The notes under the pieces are model-generated. The model was not told the origin of the DNA and did no database searches. It saw only the letters and a program-made list of their open reading frames with translations. Source: Alphaproteobacteria bacterium (GTDB lineage Bacteria > Pseudomonadota > Alphaproteobacteria > JAAXGF01). Taken from it: a stretch of DNA of 64,000 nt. The translations under genes were made by a program, and so were the position numbers. The stretch is from NCBI GenBank assembly GCA_963555825.3, contig CAUVXB020000001.1, forward strand, positions 1,728,001 to 1,792,000, written 5' to 3'. Of this stretch, positions 29,320 to 40,333 are shown piece after piece; position 1 is the stretch's first letter; each line of letters opens with the position of its first letter.

Positions 29320-30961
29320 CCCGCATTTCCCAAGTATCGTCGATATTCAGTGCGGCGAGAAGGCGATTCTGCTATAAGAATCATGAAGTTGTAGCATACA
29401 TGGAGCGGCGGATATGGCACACCCGATGGGTGAATCGAAACCGGGGTGCCTTCGGGTCGTTTTTGACCGTCGATTGAAGCTTGAATTCCACGGTTCCAAG
29501 ATCACCTCTGATGCCGGGTTGCTCGCCTACCGGGAGCTTGACGATGCCCTCGGCCTGACTGAGATGGCCGAGGGTGTTTTCCAGGATAGCCGTACCGGCA
29601 AGAACGGATGGCACGGCATGACGGGTCAGTTTCGCCAGTCCGTTTTCGGGCGCCTTGGCGGCTATGACGATGTGAACGACGCCGACCGTCTGGGACGCGA
29701 TCCCGCCATGCGCTGGATTGTTGGCGGCAAGGCCATCGAAAGACAGGCCGCTTCCACCAGCCAGATGGGACGCTTCGAGACGGAGCTATTGGCCACCGAC
29801 GAGAACGTTGAAGCCTTGGTCGACATGAACGGGGTGTGGATCGACAAGGTTCATGACCGCCATCCGCCGAAGATGATCATTCTCGACATGGACAGCAGCG
29901 TCAGCCCGACCCATGGCGAACAAGAGGGAACAGCGTACAATGGTCACTTCGGCTGTACCTGCTAGCATCCGCTATTCCTGTTCAACCAGTTCGGCGACTT
30001 GGAGAGATGTTCCCTGCGCCCCGGTAATGTTCACAGTGCCGACGGATGGCGGAATGTTCTGGAGCCGGTGGTGATGCGCTATAAGGAAAGGAAGGTGCGG
30101 CTGTATTTTCGTGGCGATGCCGCCTTCGCCTCACCGGAGATATACGAATATCTCGAAGCCGAGGGATTACTCTACGTCATCCGCCTCAAAGCGAACGCGA
30201 TTCTCCAGCGGAACATTGCCCATCTGCTTACGCGACCTGTCGGTCGCCCGCCCGACCATGTTCGCCGTTTCCACGCCAGCTTCAGCTATCAGGCCGGATC
30301 GTGGAACAAGAAGCGCCGTGTCGTGGCCAAAGTGGAGTGGCACCCCGGCGAGCTGGTTCCTCGCGTCGGTTTCATCGTCACTAATCTGTCGCGCCCTACC
30401 AAGCGGGTGGTGGCGTTCTATAATCACCGTGGCACGGCGGAGCAGCACATCAAGGAAGGCAAGAACGCCATCAACTGGACCCGTCTGTCATGTCGCAAGT
30501 TCCGCAACAATGCCGTTCGGCTCCAGCTTCACGCCCTGGCCTACAATCTGGGCAACTTCATGAGGACACTGGCTTTGCCGAAGGAGGTGGAGCACTGGTC
30601 GATGACGACGTTGCGCGACAAGCTGGTGAAGATCGGGGCCAAGGTTGTCCGACATGGCCGCTACGTTACGTTCCAATTGGCTGAGGTGGCGGTGCCGAGG
30701 GACCTGTTCCGGAAAATCCTGAGCTTGATTGATGATCTGCGACGAAGACCCGCTCCGGCGTAGGCCGAGGGAATCGACGGCGAGGAGAAAGCGACAGGAG
30801 AGGTGTGTCTGGATGGCGAGAAAAATGACCGAGTGGCCTTCCAAGCGCGGGCCGATTACCAAAATCATGCCATCGGATGGCTGCATAGGGGATACAGTTC
30901 CCTTGGCGGTGGGAAAGTGCTACGATTTCCACGAATTTGGATGGTATATGGGGAATGTCGG
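29320..30961 (+). mobile_element. IS1380-family element, copy 1 (transposase 29414-30763 with an internal TAG)
   Basis: ITSDAGLL, LDMDSS, RGDAAF, YNHRGTAEQHIKEGK; 5-bp TSD ATAAG. Confidence 0.92.
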
Positions 30962-32111
30962 ATAAGTGAAGCCAAGATCGATGATCGATGTTTGCCCAAG
31001 ACTCACTTCCGCTTTATTTTTTGCTTCCAATTTGAATGGGACAACGAACCGATCGTTAAATATATCTATGACTCTTTCCCACTGCGTACGCTGCCCAAGC
31101 GCTTCGGCTTCAAGTGCTTTGCGCCGCTTCGCCGCAGCGTCGTGCTTCGCAAACCAGTCGGAGTACAAGCCCTCGTGAACCTTGAGATAGGATTTCAGAA
31201 CATCTTGCTTTAATTTATCTGGATTGTTCATCTGCGAAAGAATTGCTTCGTCGTCTTGGAGGTACGTGCAGAACTCCCTCAATTCCGCATTTCTCTCCAG
31301 TTGCTTTTGCACGGCATCAAATTTCTTGCGAAGTGCTTCGTCAGTAAGGATTTTCTCTTTCTCTTTTTCGATTACGGCCTCAAGGTCTTTCTGATTTGTG
31401 ATTTCTTGGTTCCCGGATTCGGCGTTAAAGCTGACCGTGTGGTTTGCATCGAAAAATCCGTTGGCGGCAAGGCTCTTCGCTATTTGGCCGGCGTTGTAGT
31501 AGTCAAACGTTCCTCTTTTGAAGTATGTCGACCCGGCCAGAAGCTCGTTGTACCGCATGATATAGTTCTCAATGGCGCTCTTTAGGTCTTTCGTATTTAG
31601 GGCAGACAACACCTTGTCATTAAATACCTTATCGTACTCGAACGATGAAAATAGGTTGTCCTTTTGCTCTTCCACTTCCCTCTTTATGCGAATTAGTGCG
31701 GCATCTAACTCGACGCTAGTGGGCATGATCGCAGACGATATCTCGACCTCCATATCTTTCTTGGAGCCCGATTGAGTCTTAATTTCGCTGAGAAGCGCTG
31801 CCTTGGCCGCTTCAGTAGCACGGAGCAAGTCGTCAAATTCCTTCTTTAGTTTTGGTTCCAGAAGCAAAGTAGATGTTTGTTCCGTGAGGCCGAGCTGCTC
31901 GTCGTAAGGGGTCACCACCAGTATTCGCCTCCCGCTCACATCTTCGCCAGCCTCATCGATGATCTTCCGTACAGTTTTGCGTGTCGGGAAGATACGATCT
32001 TCAGAATCCTTGTCGTCGGCGGCGTCTTGGAATGTCTGGGCCAAAGACGATTTCATCACACCGTTGGGTGCATATATGGCATAGGCCCGCGTGTCGGAAT
32101 AATCGAAATCT

Positions 32112-33560
32112 GGCGATGTCCCTATCTCTGTTGAAATTCGTGGGGCAGGCGTCGCTGGTTGATGATGCTATGCTGCCTTCATGATGGTTTCAATGGCACT
32201 GTCGGCCTGAGCCTTTCTCAAGTGTTCCTGGAGAGCATTTCGGAGGATGGGCAGCTGGCGATAGGCCTTGAGGCGACGGAAGGTTTTCTGGGCCTCCAGC
32301 AGGCCGGCGGCGGTCCATCTGAGCGCCATCTCGGCGTGTCTCCAGCGTTTGACGTTGCGGGTGACCTGGCGCACCGTGCCGAGCGCGTTCTCGACGATGT
32401 TGGTGCAGGCGAGCGAGCGCCGGAGTTCGTGCGGCAGGCCGAGGCGGATGACGGTGAGGATCTCGTCCAGCCCCTCCAGGATGCTGCCCGAGACGCCCGG
32501 TTCCTCATGCTCCAGACGCCGGACCAGGTTGCGCAAGAGCCGCTCGGCCTTGTTTGCGTCGTCCTGGTCCCAGGCCTGACGGAGCGCCTTCTTGACGCTC
32601 GCGTGCAAATGTTGGGGCAGGCGCTCGATGATGTTACGGCCCTTGTGGACCTGGCAGCGCTGGATGGCGGCGGCCACACCGAAGGTGTTTCGGATCGCTT
32701 TGCTGAGTGCCTTCGCGCCATCGACGATGAACAGCCGCGGCAGTGTCGGATCGAGCCCCCTGGCGAGGAGATTGTCGATCAAGGCCTGGACGACGACCGT
32801 GTTCTCCGTCGCCCCCTCGACCACGGCCAGGACATGCTTGTCGCCGTTGCCATCGACGCCGATCGCCGCCATCAGGACATGGTCGCCGACATGCAGACCG
32901 TCGATCTGGATGACTAGCAGGTCGAGTTCCGAGAGATCCGAGGCGAGCCAGGCCTTCATCTTCTTGCGTGACAGCGCCACAAAGCGCCGGGAAACGGCCG
33001 ACTTCGAGGTGCCGTCGCCACGCGCTTTCGCCAGGTCGCCCTCGGGCAGACGGACCGCGCGGTGGTACTTGCGGGTCGACACGTTCAGCACCATCAGGTT
33101 GAGCGCCCACTCGAGCAGCAGGTTGCCATCGCGTAGCGCCTGCCAACTCTCCAAGCTCACCTCTTTGCCCGCCCGGTCACGAACCCGTGGCCGGGCCACC
33201 TTCACTTTGCCGCCGTGGTAGCCGATCTCGCTATGTGTCCTGCCCCAGCGATAACCTCGACGGTCCCCATGGCGGCGATGTCGGGCCCCGCACACGGTCG
33301 TGGCGTCCTCCTCCATCATCTCGGCCAAGGCCTCGACCCCGGCCAGAAGACAAAACCGATCCACGCTGAGATGGACTGCGTCCATCGCGTCCGCCAGCGG
33401 CGGCATAGGAATCGAGGGGGCAAGGGCTTTCGGGCGGCTGGAACTACGGATATTATTTCCCATGGTGTCGTTCTCCCTTTTGGGTTTGCAGCACCCGGAG
33501 CCTAACGGCTCCAGGAGAGCGACACCTACCTCAACTTTTCAACATCGACCGGGACATCCC
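32112..33560 (-). mobile_element. IS256-family element (transposase 32168-33463)
   Basis: GGCGATGTCCC / GGGACATCCC ends; QIDG, IVDGAKAL, QRCQVHK, TNIVE. Confidence 0.92.
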
Positions 33561-34099
33561 CGCGCCAGGTCGGCTGGTCTTCATCGATGAGACCTGGGTG
33601 AAGACGAACATGACGCGGCGCCATGGCCGCGCGCAACGGGGCCAGCGTTTGGTCGCCAAGGCGCCGTACGGGCGGTGGCGCACGCTGACCTTCCTGGCCG
33701 CCTTGCGCGTCGATCGGATCGACGCGCCCCTGGTGCTCGATGGGCCGATCAACGGCCGCGCCTTCACCGCCTATGTCGAGCAATTCCTGGTGCCGACCTT
33801 GGCGCCGGGCGACATCGTCATCATGGACAATCTCGGTTCCCACAAGGGAAAGGCCGTACGCCGCGCCATCCGCGCCGCCGGCGCCAAACTGCTGTTCCTA
33901 CCGCCTTACTCGCCCGACTTGAACCCCATCGAGCAGGTCTTCTCCAAGCTCAAGACCCTGATGCGAAAGGCCGCCGAACGAACCGTCGAGGACACCTGGC
34001 GACGCGTCGGCAAGCTGCTCGACCAGTTCACCGCCCGAGAATGCGCCAACTACATCAGCAACGCCGGATATGCTTCAATCTAAAACAGTCACGCTCTAA
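33561..34099 (+). mobile_element. IS630-family 3' fragment
   Basis: FIDETW, MDNLGSHK, LPPYSPDLNPIE. Confidence 0.88.
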
Positions 34100-34299
34100 T
34101 CTGAATTCTGAGCATACCCCCAACCCGAGTGCTCGACCCTCGCCACCGGGAGTTATGGCGGGCTGTCGTCTGGCCTGCATGCCCGTCATCGTAACGCAAC
34201 CGGCCGGATTCCAACCCGGGTCCTCGATTGTCGGCAGTAGTCGGCATCCCGGTCAATATACCCGCTGGCGCACCGCCCCGCGGCGCCTGCCGGAAGCCT

Positions 34300-36609
34300 C
34301 TACAGCCATCCCCGTTCGCGAAACGCGGCAAGATCCACGCCGGGCGGCGCATACCAGCCGTCCGTCCCGTATCGGGCGCCCAGGCCGAACGCCAGTTCCT
34401 TGTTTCCGTATGGAATCCGAAGCGGCGTCCCCGACCCGGCAGCCGGCTGCGGGGTTCCTGACGACCCATCTGTTTCGTCGCGTCCGGATTTTCGCTGCCG
34501 CGGCGTCCCCGGCTGCATTGCCCTCTTGCCGGACCGGGCAGTTCCGGTGTTCCCGGGCTTTCCACCCGCTGAGGCGCCGGAAGCCGGCCCGCTCGCAGGA
34601 GACTCGGCTTTCTGTGGCCGGCTCTGCCCGGGTGCATGCCGGTCGAGGAATACCCGGCAGACTGCCGCCGATTTCGTGTAGCCCCTGGGTGGCTTGATGC
34701 CCTTCCGCTTCGCGATCGACGCCGCATATTTCCTCATCGCCGCCGTCGGCGGCCGGTCCCCGCCGCCCGGTGCGTCTCCCGGGACCAGCGTTTCACCGTC
34801 ATCGCCCCGCGCCGCGAGACTGCCGATGATGCGGCGGGCAGAGTCGCAGACCGCATCGATGGCGCCCATCATTTCCTGCCTGCCGGTCAGGACATCGTCG
34901 AGCAGGCACTCCATCTCCGCCGTCACGCCCGGATCGACCAGCGCCGGATCGGCGCGTTCGAGAACCCCGAACAGACCGAGCCCCCGTTCCGTCGGCACGA
35001 CGTTCTTGCCCTGCGCCGCCAGGAACCCCTGCTTCTTCAGCCCGGAGATGATTTCCGCCCGGGTCGCCGGCGTGCCGATCCCCTTCGCCTCCCGGAGCCG
35101 GTCGCGCAGGGCCTCGTCGTCTACGAACCGCCACGCGTTCTGCATTGCCTCGATCAGGGTGCCCTCCCCGTAGCGGGGCGGCGGCCGGGTCTCCTTGTCC
35201 TCGATCGCGGGATCGCGCAGCCGCGCGGTCTCGCCGTCGCCCAATGCCGGCAGCGCCTGCGCCGCCTCGCCCTTCTCCTCGTCAGGCCGCCAGTCCGGAA
35301 AGGCGTCGCGCCAGCCGGCGTCGATCGGCTGGCGTCCCGCCGCACGGAACTCGAAGCCGCGGACGTCCAGCGTCACCGTGGTCTGCCGGTAGCGATAGTC
35401 CGGCATCACCGCCGCCAGGTAGGACCGCGCGACCGCGTCGAACAGCTTCTTCTCGTCCGGCGTGAGACGGGGCCAGATTTCTCTCAGGCCGTCGATCGTG
35501 TTCACGTTGGGGACAATCGCGTGATGGCTTGCCCCCTCCAGTCCCTTGTCGTGGAAGGCGCCGTTCCGGCCCTTGCGGATCGCCGGCGGCGACGGCGCCG
35601 GAATGGCGGCGTAGGACCGGCCCACCCGCAGCCCGGCGACGATCTTCGGGACGTCCGCGATGGCGCTCTCGGGCAGATAGCGGACCTCGGCGCGCGGGTA
35701 GGTCAGGATCTTCTTGCCGTCGCCGTCATAGAGTTCCTGGGCGACGTCCAGCGTCTTCGTAGCCGGCCAGCCGAAGCGCGTGCTGCACAGCTTCTGCAGA
35801 GAGGGCAGGTCGTGCAGCCGCGGCGGGCGCTGCCGCCTGTCCTCGACCCGCACCGCGAGCGGACCCTCGAAATCCCGCGCCGCCTCGAGGACCGCCTGCG
35901 CCCTTGCGCGCTCGACGATCCGCCCCTTCGGCGCGTGCCGCATCCCGAACGCCCCGCCCTCGGCATGCGCCGTGGCCACCACCTCGAAATACCCGACCGG
36001 CACGAAGTCGCGGATCTCGATCTCGCGCCGGCACGCGATCGCCAGGGTCGGGGTCTTGACCCGGCCGATGCCGATCACGCCCTCTGCGCCCCGGCCGAGC
36101 GTCACCGTCGCCGTCCGGGTCAGCGACAGGTTGTAGATCTGGTCGGCCTGCCGGCGCGCCACCGCCGCCGCGTAGAGCCGGGCGTGCTCTTCGTTGGGCC
36201 GGGCGCGCCGAAACGCCATGCGGATGGTCTCCGGGTCCTGCGCCGTGAACAGCACCCGCATCGCCACGCCCCGGTAGCGGCAATGCTCCAGGATATCCTG
36301 GCCGATCAGCTGGCCCTCCCGGTCGCAGTCGGTGGCGAGCCAGACCCGGTCCGCCGTCTCCAGCGCCGCCCGGATCGCCTTCAGCTTCGCCGCCTTGTTG
36401 CCGCCCGTCGCCGGTTTGGTGCCGTACAGTCCGTCGGGCCGCAGCAGTTCCGTCGACCAGCGCTTCCATGCCGGGTTGACGTCCTCGGGCTCGCACAGGT
36501 CGAGCAGGTGCCCTTCCGCCGCAAGAACGGTTCCGTAGCGCGAGCCGACCGCGGCGCGCACATCCCTGGCCTGGCTCGCCTTCTCGGTAATCACGACCTG
36601 GCGGGTCAC
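34300..36609 (-). CDS. topB: DNA topoisomerase III (type IA)
   Basis: ITEKASQ Toprim, ATDCDREG, GRVKTPTL, TYPR catalytic Tyr, GIGTPATRA. Confidence 0.88.
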   Translation of the reverse strand: MTRQVVITEKASQARDVRAAVGSRYGTVLAAEGHLLDLCEPEDVNPAWKRWSTELLRPDGLYGTKPATGGNKAAKLKAIRAALETADRVWLATDCDREGQLIGQDILEHCRYRGVAMRVLFTAQDPETIRMAFRRARPNEEHARLYAAAVARRQADQIYNLSLTRTATVTLGRGAEGVIGIGRVKTPTLAIACRREIEIRDFVPVGYFEVVATAHAEGGAFGMRHAPKGRIVERARAQAVLEAARDFEGPLAVRVEDRRQRPPRLHDLPSLQKLCSTRFGWPATKTLDVAQELYDGDGKKILTYPRAEVRYLPESAIADVPKIVAGLRVGRSYAAIPAPSPPAIRKGRNGAFHDKGLEGASHHAIVPNVNTIDGLREIWPRLTPDEKKLFDAVARSYLAAVMPDYRYRQTTVTLDVRGFEFRAAGRQPIDAGWRDAFPDWRPDEEKGEAAQALPALGDGETARLRDPAIEDKETRPPPRYGEGTLIEAMQNAWRFVDDEALRDRLREAKGIGTPATRAEIISGLKKQGFLAAQGKNVVPTERGLGLFGVLERADPALVDPGVTAEMECLLDDVLTGRQEMMGAIDAVCDSARRIIGSLAARGDDGETLVPGDAPGGGDRPPTAAMRKYAASIAKRKGIKPPRGYTKSAAVCRVFLDRHAPGQSRPQKAESPASGPASGASAGGKPGNTGTARSGKRAMQPGTPRQRKSGRDETDGSSGTPQPAAGSGTPLRIPYGNKELAFGLGARYGTDGWYAPPGVDLAAFRERGWL

Positions 36610-38465
36610 CGCGTGCCCTCCGCGGAGGGCACGCCGTCACCCGTATCGGGCAGGGCAGCCTCGATCGCGGCCAGGAACGGCCCTGCGAACCGCTTCAGCT
36701 TGGCCGCGCCGACGCCGTTGACCGCGGCGAACTCCGCCTCGCTGCGCGGCCGCCGCCGCGCCATGTCGATCAGGGCGCGGTCCGGAAACACGACATAGGC
36801 GGGCACCCCGCGTTCCCGCGCGAGGGCGAGCCGGAGCGCCTTCAGCACGGCCAGCAGCGCCGCCTCGCCGGCGTCCGGCGGCAGGTCCTCCGCCCGCTCC
36901 CCTTCCCAGGCCCGGGCCTCCCGTTTCGGCGCCTTCCTGCGCACGATCACGGTGTCTTCGCGGTACAGGAATACGCCCTCGCCGCGCAGCAGGTCGCGGC
37001 CCTTGTCGGTGATGCCGAGCCCGCCATAGCCCGCGATGTCGAGGCGCAGATCCCCGGTCGCCACCATCTGGCGGACCAGCGAGCGCCATTCGTTCTTGCC
37101 CCGGTCCGCGCCCACCCCGAAGGTCGGCAGGCGGTGATGCCCGAAGCGCGCGATCTTCTCCGTCTCCGCCCCCCGCAGGAGGTCGATCACGTGCGCCGCG
37201 CCGAAGCGTTCCCCGGACCGGTAAACCGCCGACAGGATCTTTCGGGCATCCTCCGTGCCGTCGATGCGCTCCGACGGGTCGAGGCAGACATCGCAGTTGC
37301 CGCAGGCCTCGATCGCCTCCCCGAAATACTCCAGCAGCGCCGTCCGCCGGCAGGCCGGCGCCTCGCAGTAGCCGAGCAGCGCATCCAGGCGCTTGTGCTC
37401 GCGCCTCTTGCGGTCCGGGCCCGCATCCTCGTCCTCGATGAACTGCCGGCGCATCCGGATGTCCGGCAGCCCGTAGAGCATGTGCGCCTCGGCCGGCGCC
37501 CCGTCGCGCCCGGCCCGGCCGATCTCCTGGTAGTAGGCCTCGACGCTGCCCGGCAGGTCGCTATGGAACACATAGCGCACGTCGGCCTTGTCGATCCCCA
37601 TGCCGAAGGCGATCGTGGCGACGATGACCACCCCCGGCTCGGTCATGAAGAGGTTCTGGTGCGCCTCCCGGTCCGCCGCATCCATGCCGGCGTGGTAGGG
37701 CAGCGCCCGGACCCCGTCCGCGGCCAGCAGCGCCGCCGCCTCTTCGGTCTTCCGGCGCGACAGGCAGTAGACGATGCCGCTCTTGCCGTCATGGCGGGCG
37801 ACGAAGTCGCGCAACTGCCGCTTCCAGTCCCGCTTCATCGCCACCGCGAGCCGGATGTTCGGGCGGTCGAACCCGAGCACGAACTGTTCGACCGCGCCGC
37901 CGAACAGCCTGTCCGCGATGTCGTCCCGGGTCACCTCGTCGGCGGTCGCCGTCAGCGCGGCGAGGGGAACGCCGGGAAAGAGGTCCCGCAGCCGGCACAG
38001 GTCGGCGTATTCCGGCCGGAAGGCCGGGCCCCATTGCGAGATGCAATGCGCCTCGTCGATGGCGAACAGCCTGACCGGCAAGCGCTTCAGCGCCCCCAGC
38101 ATGCGCTCGGTCATCAGCCGTTCCGGGGCCATGTAGAGCAGCCGCGTCCCGCCCGCCTCAACCCGGCGCCAGGCGGCCAGGTTCCGGTCGCGGCCGTTCC
38201 CCGAATGGATGCCGTCCGCCGCGACGCCCGCGAGCCTGAGCGCCGCCACCTGGTCCCGCATCAGCGCGACCAGCGGCGATACCACGACCGTCAGCCCGTC
38301 CATGATCAGTGCCGGGATCTGGAAGCACAGCGACTTGCCGGATCCCGTCGGCATCACCGCAAGCGCGTTGCCCCCCGCCAGCAGGGCCTCGATCACCCTC
38401 TCCTGACCCGGACGGAACGCCGCGAACCCGAACACTTCCGCCAGGATCCGGCGTGCGGCCGTCAT
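36606..38465 (-). CDS. recQ: ATP-dependent DNA helicase RecQ
   Basis: PTGSGKSLCFQ, DEAHCISQWG, QEIGRAGRDG, CGNCDVC, RQC and HRDC domains. Confidence 0.95.
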   Translation of the reverse strand: MTAARRILAEVFGFAAFRPGQERVIEALLAGGNALAVMPTGSGKSLCFQIPALIMDGLTVVVSPLVALMRDQVAALRLAGVAADGIHSGNGRDRNLAAWRRVEAGGTRLLYMAPERLMTERMLGALKRLPVRLFAIDEAHCISQWGPAFRPEYADLCRLRDLFPGVPLAALTATADEVTRDDIADRLFGGAVEQFVLGFDRPNIRLAVAMKRDWKRQLRDFVARHDGKSGIVYCLSRRKTEEAAALLAADGVRALPYHAGMDAADREAHQNLFMTEPGVVIVATIAFGMGIDKADVRYVFHSDLPGSVEAYYQEIGRAGRDGAPAEAHMLYGLPDIRMRRQFIEDEDAGPDRKRREHKRLDALLGYCEAPACRRTALLEYFGEAIEACGNCDVCLDPSERIDGTEDARKILSAVYRSGERFGAAHVIDLLRGAETEKIARFGHHRLPTFGVGADRGKNEWRSLVRQMVATGDLRLDIAGYGGLGITDKGRDLLRGEGVFLYREDTVIVRRKAPKREARAWEGERAEDLPPDAGEAALLAVLKALRLALARERGVPAYVVFPDRALIDMARRRPRSEAEFAAVNGVGAAKLKRFAGPFLAAIEAALPDTGDGVPSAEGTR

Positions 38466-38514
38466 CGCGCCCTCCGGCGGCCGGGCCGGCGCGCGCCGGA
38501 GACCGGTTCGCGCG

Positions 38515-38832
38515 TCAAGCGACGGCCCCGAGACCGTAATTCGCGACCAGCGTCAGAAGCTTCAGCGAAGCGCCGCGCGGGCGTTTCTCGCCCCGTTCCC
38601 ACTGGCTCACCAGGCCCGTCGTCAGGTTGAGGTAACGGGCGAACACCGCCTGGCTCGCATTCTCCCGCATCCCAAGCGCGCGGATCTTCTCCGGCGTCAT
38701 CTCCTCGACCGGCGTCAGGCACATCTCGTCGAATGCCTTCATGGTCCGTTTCGCCATCGCACCGGCCTCCGCCAGGCCCCGCGCGGTCTCGTGCGCGGCT
38801 GCCAGCGCGCCGCTCCTGTACCGTTTACCCAT
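38515..38832 (-). CDS. Xre-HTH protein (orphan HigA-like antitoxin)
   Basis: SQAVFARYLN..VSQWERGEKRP..SLKLL. Confidence 0.8.
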   Translation of the reverse strand: MGKRYRSGALAAAHETARGLAEAGAMAKRTMKAFDEMCLTPVEEMTPEKIRALGMRENASQAVFARYLNLTTGLVSQWERGEKRPRGASLKLLTLVANYGLGAVA

Positions 38833-39015
38833 CGCGGATCGTCTCCCCTGACCGCATCGCACAATGTTGCATCCGGTTGGCCTGCCCCCATTCTATGTAC
38901 CAGTTTCTATGTTAGTCCTGGCACGGTTTCTGGGAAGGGCTGATCCGGCTGTAGCCCATCAATAGCGAAGGCCGGATCAGTCCGTTTGGGCACGATGGTC
39001 TGTGGTGCCGGGGGT

Positions 39016-40030
39016 GCAACCTGCTGCTCGAGTGGGCGCTCAACCTGATGGTGCTGAACGTGTCGACCCGCAAGTACCACCGCGCGGTCCGTCTGCCCGA
39101 GGGCGACCTGGCGAAAGCGCGTGGCGACGGCACCTCGAAGTCGGCCGTTTCCCGGCGCTTTGTGGCGCTGTCACGCAAGAAGATGAAGGCCTGGCTCGCC
39201 TCGGATCTCTCGGAACTCGACCTGCTAGTCATCCAGATCGACGGTCTGCATGTCGGCGACCATGTCCTGATGGCGGCGATCGGCGTCGATGGCAACGGCG
39301 ACAAGCATGTCCTGGCCGTGGTCGAGGGGGCGACGGAGAACACGGTCGTCGTCCAGGCCTTGATCGACAATCTCCTCGCCAGGGGGCTCGATCCGACACT
39401 GCCGCGGCTGTTCATCGTCGATGGCGCGAAGGCACTCAGCAAAGCGATCCGAAACACCTTCGGTGTGGCCGCCGCCATCCAGCGCTGCCAGGTCCACAAG
39501 GGCCGTAACATCATCGAGCGCCTGCCCCAACATTTGCACGCGAGCGTCAAGAAGGCGCTCCGTCAGGCCTGGGACCAGGACGACGCAAACAAGGCCGAGC
39601 GGCTCTTGCGCAACCTGGTCCGGCGTCTGGAGCATGAGGAACCGGGCGTCTCGGGCAGCATCCTGGAGGGGCTGGACGAGATCCTCACCGTCATCCGCCT
39701 CGGCCTGCCGCACGAACTCCGGCGCTCGCTCGCCTGCACCAACATCGTCGAGAACGCGCTCGGCACGGTGCGCCAGGTCACCCGCAACGTCAAACGCTGG
39801 AGACACGCCGAGATGGCGCTCAGATGGACCGCCGCCGGCCTGCTGGAGGCCCAGAAAACCTTCCGTCGCCTCAAGGCCTATCGCCAGCTGCCCATCCTCC
39901 GAAATGCTCTCCAGGAACACTTGAGAAAGGCTCAGGCCGACAGTGCCATTGAAACCATCATGAAGGCAGCATAGCATCATCAACCAGCGACGCCTGCCCC
40001 ACGAATTTCAACAGAGATAGGGACATCGCC
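39016..40030 (+). mobile_element. IS256-family element, 5'-truncated copy 2
   Basis: Identical to the 3' part of 32112-33560. Confidence 0.92.
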
Positions 40031-40110
40031 ACGCCGCCTAACGGCGCGTCGTCACGCACATAGACCCTGGCCCGCCCCGTGTCGGTCTTGCCCCTGGCCA
40101 GAACCGCGAA
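40031..40110 (-). pseudogene. IS66 TnpC fragment
   Basis: VLARGKTDTGRARVYVRDDAP. Confidence 0.55.
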
Positions 40111-40333
40111 GGCTGCGTGCATGGTGCCGTCTCCTTCGTGCCGAGTGCCCGGGAACAGCGGGGATGTCCTCTTCCGGACATCTATCCGCCGCCCCGCTCA
40201 CGGCCAAGCCCGTCCTCACGGCGGCGCACGGCGCGTCTGTGGAGGCCACGGCGAGGCACTTTGGTTACGGAAGACGGCGGCTCAGCGGGCGCAGTGCGCG
40301 CGCGTAGGCGCGGAAGCGGCTGGGGGTGGGTGC

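Larger units (their letters stand above)
27565..32111 (-). pseudogene. ABC/AAA ATPase (RloC/AAA_13-like, coiled coil) broken by four IS
   Basis: Pieces 32111-30962, 29319-29293 and 27955-27565 join in frame: YAPNGVMKSS ... GFTYVDGADTIEVEK ... LSMGERKAL, VIDDIADSFD, MTHNFDF. Confidence 0.8.
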
